This document shows, piece by piece, positions 56,469 through 64,000 of a stretch of DNA of 64,000 nt. The DNA lies in assembly GCA_030141605.1 (NCBI GenBank), contig JAQGDQ010000515.1, positions 1 through 64,000 of the forward strand, read 5' to 3'. Below the pieces are notes generated by a model. The model ran no database searches. It was not told where the DNA came from and worked only from the letters and a program-made list of their open reading frames with translations. The DNA is from Tubiluchus corallicola. Taxonomy: Eukaryota; Animalia; Priapulida. The translations under genes were made by a program, and so were the position numbers. How positions within the stretch are numbered: position 1 is the first letter of the stretch; every line of letters starts with the position of its first letter.

Positions 56469-57512
56469 CTAAGCCAGTACTTGCAATATGTCATATTTAT
56501 ATGACCTGTGGTGTTCGCACTTTCCGCAAGGTGGAGCCACTAGTTTCCAGCTACCGTCTGGAGTTTGCTCGCACGACACGGCACTGCAGTACGGGGTCCT
56601 GTGAAGGACTTGGTGAAAACCATGCTGATCACGCGTCGGTTTACCCGTCAGATTTCTCGTAAGAACCTCCAAGGACGCCCCGTGTGCAACCATAAGGACA
56701 TTGCCAGCCGTTCTCTCTAAAATTGTTCTGACTAGGAAATGGCTTCTCTCGTAATACTGAGCCAGACTTTCATTAATGTCCAAATCTGAAGTTTGGATGA
56801 CGGGCGCATAGGACATGTCCACATTGAAGCCAAAGTCAACCATTTGTCTTGGAGTCAGAAACACCGGCTTCACTTCTCGGAACCAGGCCATCCACTCGAA
56901 AAGACCGGGTTCTACCCTCAATAGCATGTTTTCAAACCCGAGTGACTTTAGTAGCTCTGTAGCTGTTGACAAGCACCTCAGGGCAGGAGAACAGTAAACA
57001 TGGGACAAGGTCACCCCAGAATCTTTCATCACCTGTCCTGTCAGCATCGCCTGTGTTAATCCAACCCTGGTCAAAGGACAATCTCGATCGAATTCAGCAG
57101 GACGGCGTTTTGGAATCATTCTGGGCATGTTTGCATCTAGAATACGATACTTGCCGTCACGGTCAAAGCAGTTCTCTATCCACCAGTCTCCACCGTAAGT
57201 AAAGTCGACTCTCTCCGCGTGGCGAACAACGTACAGCTTCCGGGAAGTGCGACACTTGGCGCTGGACAGCTCATCATCACATCTCTCTTCTGCATTTTGA
57301 ATTAACCATTCTAAAGCTTCCTCTGCTGTGCCGCCTGTTTCTTTTAAAGCTTCTTCAGCAGCTGACTGTGGCAAGCCAGATTTTACTAGTGCCTTGAGAG
57401 GTGAAACTGCTCTTACAGGCTGGGTTGAGATTGTATGAGATGCCACACTTTTTAGTTTTCGAACTGGCGGTTCGACGACATGTGTAGTTGCAACATCTGA
57501 CATGACAGTCAT
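56469..57512 (-). CDS. UBASH3/Sts (ecdysteroid-phosphate-phosphatase family)-like protein: UBA + histidine phosphatase only, intronless CDS
   Basis: UBA-like LKALVKSGLPQSAAEEALKETGGTAEEALEWL; phosphatase motifs LYVVRHAERVD, DCPLT, VYCSPALRC, EPGLFEW, VAHGASL, PYCS. Confidence 0.9.
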   Translation of the reverse strand: MTVMSDVATTHVVEPPVRKLKSVASHTISTQPVRAVSPLKALVKSGLPQSAAEEALKETGGTAEEALEWLIQNAEERCDDELSSAKCRTSRKLYVVRHAERVDFTYGGDWWIENCFDRDGKYRILDANMPRMIPKRRPAEFDRDCPLTRVGLTQAMLTGQVMKDSGVTLSHVYCSPALRCLSTATELLKSLGFENMLLRVEPGLFEWMAWFREVKPVFLTPRQMVDFGFNVDMSYAPVIQTSDLDINESLAQYYERSHFLVRTILERTAGNVLMVAHGASLEVLTRNLTGKPTRDQHGFHQVLHRTPYCSAVSCEQTPDGSWKLVAPPCGKCEHHRSYKYDILQVLA

Positions 57513-57947
57513 TCAAAATGCTGACTTTGCATTAATTAGAACTTCCTCCATACTGCCTGGTCTTGGACTCCTTTTTGCTTCAACTTTCTTGTGCTTAGGA
57601 TATCTAATTCAATCTAAATTCCATTTAGTCCATTCAGATTCATAACAAATTGAAAAAACATATAGTTTTAACTCAATTCTCTATTCTCTACATTCCGAGT
57701 TTTCCTCTTTCCAGTTTACTTCTCTCTACACTCGTGACTCCGCTTCAAGAGCAGACAGAAACCTTTGTTTACTCTCACACGCGAACACCGAGGCAGAAAA
57801 GATTTTTCGCATTGCAACTGTCGAGATTGTGTTTGTGAATTACTACAGCTGGTTACTCCAATTTGTTTTCTGAAGCTATATTATATACCGTGTAAAAGCC
57901 TATTATTTCTATAAAATAACGTGCAGTGATGTGCAGATCGTAAAAGT

Positions 57948-58535
57948 ATGCCATGTAAGTAGGCGTGATTGTTTCTCTGTAAGAGATTGTTTCTTTCGAC
58001 CTACTTTCTCTTTTATTATGGGCTACAGGTCCTTACCCTGAGTGACCATGGTTAATTCGTAATTTATTAATCCGTCTCAGCCTTGACATACACCTGGATA
58101 TAGTTATAAATTTCAGTTAAAGATAAAGTGTTGTAAAATGGTAAACATACTACGACTAGTACTGCTACTAGGTTACATAGTGTTATTATTAGTAATTTAT
58201 ATCAAAAAGTAGCTACTAGAAAGAAATTGGGCTTGTTTGGCACGATTTTGGTAAGGCAACAGAAAAGGCGAACAAAATTATTTAGAATGAAAATCAGTTG
58301 TCATTGGTTTAACATGGATTGCTGGTTGTTTGTAGGGTCAGTGAATATTAAACATCTTGATGATGCTGGCTTATTTTCCTATGGAGGCCTCTGTGCCATC
58401 GCTCTATACAAGCTTTTCCCAGAAGAAATGTTTGACGATTTCAGAAAACACACTATGGATTCTATTATTGCTCAAGCAGAACTACCAGAACAGGTGGGAA
58501 ATGTGAAGTTGTCTCTCTCTTTCTCTCTGTCTCTC

Positions 58536-58604
<69 letters not shown>

Positions 58605-61600
58605 CTATCTCTCTCCCCCATGCTCTCTCTCACTCTCAAAGAACCAAAATGGGAAATGAGTTCTCTGTTTTTGTCTCCCTTCCTCTCTAACTTACAAAAG
58701 TGTAGTGTAATAGTTAGTAACTTTGTAAGTTTATATGTTATTTAAATATTATTTATTGTTTTTGAAATATGTCACAAACGTGTAGTTCATCGCAAACAAA
58801 CACATCTGAACTAAAAGGTGCAGCACCTGTTTTTGTGCAATGTGTTTTCGAAATGCAGATGCTAGTGTCTGTCTAACTAGCGAATGACGAAACGTATGTG
58901 AAAGCGAAGAACTGGCGGCGCGAACGTGAAATTGTGTTTGTGTGATAATAATTCTTTCATGCAAGTCATTTTTTAAAAAAATAGTATGTTTCCTTTCAAT
59001 ATTTTAAAGAGTAGATTGTTTTGACATACAGTTTAAGATTGGGTCCAGTTTTGCTTTAAAAGCTGCAGTGTGCTTAGATAAAGAAAACAAATTTTAAACT
59101 AGAGGGCGCTCAACAGATGTGCAGACTATCGCTCTCACATTAAGACACAAAAATTTGTTTTAACTGATACTGTGACCCTGACCCTGACATATGACCTTTT
59201 GAGCAACAGTTTTCCTGCTCAAGATGCTCACCTATGCCTACGCCAAATTTGATGATTATAGCTTCATACGCTTTGATTTTGTTATGCGGATAGACAGACA
59301 GACAGACACACAGACACTGAAAAATGGCCTACCATCAGCACGGGCAATGAAATTATATCGACAATGTAATTTTAGATTACATACCTGACTACCTAACTTC
59401 CTACCTAGCTGCTTCCCTACCCACTGACTTACCTACAAGAGTAGATTGTTTTGGCCTTCAGTTTAAGATTGAGTCCGGTTTTGCTTTAATTTGCAGATAC
59501 GGAGTGCAATGTACCACATTCTCAATGGTGAGGGCGGGGAGAGGCACGAGCCTTTTGTTGACGGTGTAATGGATGATGAACTATTAAAAAAGCACGGCAG
59601 TTGCTTGCTTATAAAAGATCTAGTAGCTCTAGCCGTCAGCGATGGTAAGCTAAATTCAAACAGATTTCGTCATTTATTTTGAATTTCAATTTCAATTAAA
59701 CTTTTCATTTTGCACTCAAGGTGTATAATATAGCACATACAATCACACACAATTTATAAATACTGGTTACAAACATACACAAAAAAACTACAAAACTTTT
59801 TATAACCTAATTCCCTACCATGTAAATAAGATAAAATAATAATCATTTTGTATAGAATTGATCGCCATTTAACACACATATACTTGGTGTGTACCTAATA
59901 CCACTGATTCGCAATAAAATTGCTACTGTTTATTGACAAGATACAGTAATTTTAAATTTTACTTAGTTAGTGACGTGTGCGCTACGAATGCACAAATTAT
60001 TTTTTCATACTTCACTCAAAGCCTTATGATTTATCGTCAAAATGGCTGCGCTTAACGGTCATCGCGGGAGGTTAAATTTACAAGTTTTATACAGTGTTAC
60101 CACCGATGCAAGCCCCGTGTGCAATAAGACAGTAGTACGTAAGTTGTGTAGAGTTTCAAGACATATTTTTAAGCCTTATCTAAGTGGAGGGTTTTCTTGT
60201 GCTTTAATTATATATTTTTTGGTGAGCTACTCATATTTTCTTGGCGTGCACAGTGGCAGTGAAACACGGCGATATTTTATCAGGTGGTGCAAACATTTTA
60301 AAATATTAAGAATTTTCTTTCCCAATTATACATGTCCTCCAAGCAAGTAAGCGTAATTCTAGTAACATAACTTTATATGGAAAGTTTTTTGAGACATTTC
60401 TGAGAATCCTTCTTTCTTGTCTCTTAATATAAAACTTTTGAGATGTTCTTTAAAATCTTTCTTCTCTGCTGATGTTAAACTTTGATACTGTGACATTTGT
60501 ATAAAAACAGCGCAGTACTAAAATTTAATCAAATTTATTATTCCGTGTCTTTACCGTGTCGTCCTTTGCCACGATCACTTTCTTGCTCCAGGTAGTTACG
60601 ATGCAAGACTCCGCACATTCATCCGCCACCTTTGTTTTCTGCTCCGCATTGAATCCATGTCGCTGGACGAGATGGAGGATTCCGTGATAGAGCAGCTCAA
60701 GGAGCACGACTACGAGTTAACGGAGTGAGTTACCTACATTAATTATTATTAACATCAGTGCACGACCACGAGTTAACGGAGTGAGTTACCTACACTGTTA
60801 TTAACATCATAGCACGACCACGAGTTAACGGAGTGAGTTACCTACACTATTATTAACATCAGTGCACGACCACGAGTTAACGGAGTGAGTTACCCCCACT
60901 AATTATTATTAACATCATAGCATGACCACGAGTTAACGGAGTGAGTTACCTACACTATTATTAACATCATAGCACGACCACGAGTTAACGGAGTGAGTTA
61001 CCTACACTAACTATTATTAACATCAAAGCACGACCACGAGTTAACGGAGTGAGTTACCTACACTAATTATTATTAACATCAGAGCACAACCACGAGTTAA
61101 CGGAGTGAGTTACCTACACTAATTATTATTAACATCAGAGCGCGACCACAAGTTAACAGAGTGAGTTCCCTACACTAATTATTATTAACATCAGAGCACA
61201 ACCACGAGTTAACGGAGTGAGTTACCTACACTATTATTAACATCAGTGCACGACCACGAGTTAACGGAGTGAGTTACCTACACTATTATTAACATCATAG
61301 CACGACCACGAGTTAACGGAGTGAGTTACCTACACTAACTATTATTAACATCAAAGCACGACCACGAGTTAACGGAGTGAGTTACCTACACTAATTATTA
61401 TTAACATCAGAGCACAACCACGAGTTAACGGAGTGAGTTACCTACACTAATTTTTATTAACATCAGAGCGCGACCACGAGTTAACAGAGTGAGTTCCCTA
61501 CACTAATTATTATTAACATCAGAGCACAACCACGAGTTAACGGAGTGAGTTACCTACACTAATTATTATTAACATCAGAGCACGACCGCGAGTTAACGGA

Positions 61601-63438
61601 GTGAGTTGCCTACACCAATTATTATTAACATCATTTCTTTTCGAAGACAGGTTCCCACGGTTAAGGAAAATCCTGGAAAATACAGGCTATCCTGGAAAGT
61701 CATAGGACAGTGAGGGAAAAAGATAATTTGATAAAAAGTCAGGGAAAATGATGAAAATGGGGCAAAAATTCAGGGAAATTGAAAAGGGTCGCAAAAATAA
61801 TCACCGTGAACCGATATTTTTCCAAACATATTTTCAGCGATTCTGTGTTCAAATAAAATTTTGCTATGGCAGGCTCCCAGTTTCGATTTCTGTTTCAAAA
61901 ATAATGATTGTTTATTTAAGATTATTTAGGATTAAGAAAGTTTATTTAATGTGATTAGTGTAATTTTGTCATCACTACTGCAACTGTGTCGACGCATTAT
62001 ATATCAGTATATGTATGAATGTCCATATACAAAAATGTTTGATTACATTGTATACTGGTAATGCAATTTCTGCTTATCTTGGTCATCGAAAATCAATATT
62101 TGGTCAGGGAAAAGGCAGAGAAATTTATTTTAAAATTCTGTAATTCAAAGAAATTAGTGGACTAGTTGTAAAAGTAAAATTAAATATTAAGCAGCAGCAG
62201 CAACAACAACAACGACAACAACAACAAGAATGACAATGACAGTGACAACAACAAACAACAATCAACAACAACTACAACGACAACAATACAAAAACAACAA
62301 CAACAATGTCAATGACAACAACAATGACAATGACAACAACAAACAACAACTACAACGACGACGACACCAATACAAAAACAACAACAACAACAAACAACAA
62401 CCACAGACGACGACAACAACAAAACAAGCACGGATATTATATACATACAAGAAGACAAAACAATTAATTTCAAAAGATATTACATATCCTAACATTTCTT
62501 TCAATTGATACTTTTTAAAATATTAAAATTCCTGTTTTCCATACAATTTGTACAGTCTTTTGTTCAGCTTATTGTCGCTAGCTACTTGGAACTTCATCTA
62601 CATCCGTTTACAATTTTATCAGACAATACATGAAAATTTTTAAATGCATCGTCTAGGATAACATTATTTTCTATAACAATTTTATGCAAGTTCAAATCCA
62701 TTATTGAGTTTACATCAGATAATGTGTGTGGTGTTGGCTTTAATGTTAATTGCCGAGTTACTGCTATTTTTACGTGCAACATAGAAATTAAGAGACCATT
62801 TTTCAAAGTGCTTACTTGACTGAACGATATCAGCAGTGTGGGGCAAAATGTAAGTGTGGCTGTATATGAACAGTTTCCATAATTTACTGATAATTATATT
62901 CCAAGCTGTATCTACAAAATGTATTTTCGAATCGTGCAACTTCCAACTCTGTCTGCGGTAATATCCTAGACAACTGCTTAAATAAGTATAATTTTAATGA
63001 CAGGATTACTCCTAATAATTGAACAAGCCCCCCTGTTAATTCAATCTTGACAGCAATCTTGAAACACAGGAAACGTAAAAAAGTCGTGATGCAGTCTGGA
63101 TTTGAACCAGGCGCCCTCTGCTTACGAGGCAGATGCCCTAGACCACACGGCCACCGTATCTCCCAGCGGTCAAAACTTACTCACAATTTTTGCTAGCAAA
63201 TACTAATTAATTGTGTTTTAATTCCATTAATTAGATCTAACTAATTGACTTAAGTTCGGTTGTAAAGCTGTTTCACACCCATTTTTTCCCCGCATTAAAA
63301 AACTCACTGAGATCGAATAGCCGTTTTTGAATAATTTCAGGGAGGAGAAGTTGGAAAGGAAAAAGAGAGAACGGATACGTAAGGCCAAACGTTACGCCGC
63401 TATAGGTGTTGGTGCTGTAGCTGGTGGTGCTCTCATAG
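57948..63438 (+). CDS. TMCO4: Transmembrane and coiled-coil domain protein 4 (DUF726 family), first five coding exons; continues beyond the window
   Basis: Exons 57948-57954 (ATGCCAT|gtaagt, inferred start), 58336-58493, 59497-59644, 60592-60724 (GSYDARLRTFI), 63341-63438 (KAKRYAAIGVGAVAGGALIG); phases 1,0,1,2 are consistent. Confidence 0.85.
58776..59055 (-). mobile_element. Kolobok-like MITE family A, partial; a second terminal fragment lies at 59437-59485
   Basis: Ends gggtccagttttgct-TTAA; homologous to the other copies. Confidence 0.75.
60704..61633 (+). repeat. 52-56-bp minisatellite built from the TMCO4 exon end plus 5' splice site, about 17 copies
   Basis: Unit gcacgaccacgagttaacgga|gtgagttacctacactaattattattaacatcaga; the first copy is the real exon end at 60724. 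Confidence 0.93.
61648..62130 (+). mobile_element. hAT-like dispersed repeat
   Basis: Starts CAGGTTCCCACGG; inverted homolog at 36474-36892. Confidence 0.65.
62190..62425. repeat. (CAA)-rich low-complexity tract
   Basis: Direct reading. Confidence 0.9.
63087..63160 (-). other. tRNA-like sequence (anticodon CGT): tRNA-derived SINE head or tRNA pseudogene
   Basis: Minus strand GATACGG TG GCCGTGTGGTCTAGGGC A TCTGC CTCGTAA GCAGA GGGCG CCTGG TTCAAAT CCAGA CTGCATC A; A-box, B-box GGTTCAAATCC, perfect anticodon stem, one mismatch each in the acceptor and T stems; TTTTTT follows closely. Confidence 0.65.
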
Positions 63439-64000
63439 GTTGGTGTAGATGCGGTGCACCGTGGCTTCTAATGAAGAAGTTGGGGTTGAAATGTTGGTGG
63501 TGCACCATCGTGTTTTTTATAAAGTTCTATAATACATTTATTATTAATTGCTTAATCAACTTTTATCAATTGATAAATGGGAAATTTTTTTGGATTACTT
63601 TATTATTTTACTTAGTGGTTCTATCGAGCACCTGAGTGATTACCCGGATTTTTTATTACCGGAACTTGATAATACTGCCCCAGATTCCAACAATGAAAAT
63701 GCGCTGTGGCGTGGTGTGATTGCCATGGTACTGTTGGTGTGCTGTGGATGGTGTGATTGGTGTAGTGTGGTGGGTTTGCAGTGGATGGTGTTGTTTTTGT
63801 AGTGTGGTGGGTGTGCTGTGGATGGTGTGATTGGTGTAGTGTGGCGTGTGTAGCATGGTATGAGTGGAGTGGTGTGATTGCCATGGTACGGGTGGCGTGG
63901 AAATACTCTCAGTTATTTTTATCTACGCATAAAAATGATTCCTGTTTCTTATTGCCATTGAATCCTAGCAATTGGATACCTGACTGGCGTAAACACTGGT

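Noticed and set aside
60704-61633. Regular array with variable segments resembling CRISPR
   Set aside because: Variable parts are mutated copies of the same unit, which derives from an exon-intron boundary.

Overview
AT-rich, intron-containing, repeat-dense genomic DNA from an invertebrate animal (no prokaryotic features, no CRISPR). From left to right: (1) the right-hand end of a GC/CpG-rich, intronless, virus-like or Polinton-like insertion (1-1813) that carries a divergent TATA-binding-protein (TBP)-like ORF overlapping a second ORF and ends in ...GGTGTAACA; (2) two tandem 4-exon secreted C-type lectin genes with non-canonical sugar-binding motifs; (3) a 5'-truncated CR1/L2-group LINE; (4) an intronless BTB-BACK-MATH gene, a frameshifted tandem paralog and extra MATH fragments; (5) a multi-exon TTLL11 tubulin polyglutamylase gene (minus strand, about 27.3-44.4 kb) with an intact catalytic core, apparently damaged C-terminal exons and an antisense copy of its own exons in its last intron; (6) an intronless UBASH3/Sts-like gene reduced to UBA + histidine phosphatase, head-to-head with (7) the first five exons of TMCO4. 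Introns and intergenic DNA hold many non-autonomous DNA transposons (Kolobok-, piggyBac-, hAT-, Harbinger-, Tc1/mariner-like), minisatellites and microsatellites. The most unusual signals are the mobile-element-borne TBP-like gene and three independent tandem repeats that each start inside an exon's 3' end and multiply the 5' splice site. All identifications are by eye from motifs; no database searches were run.
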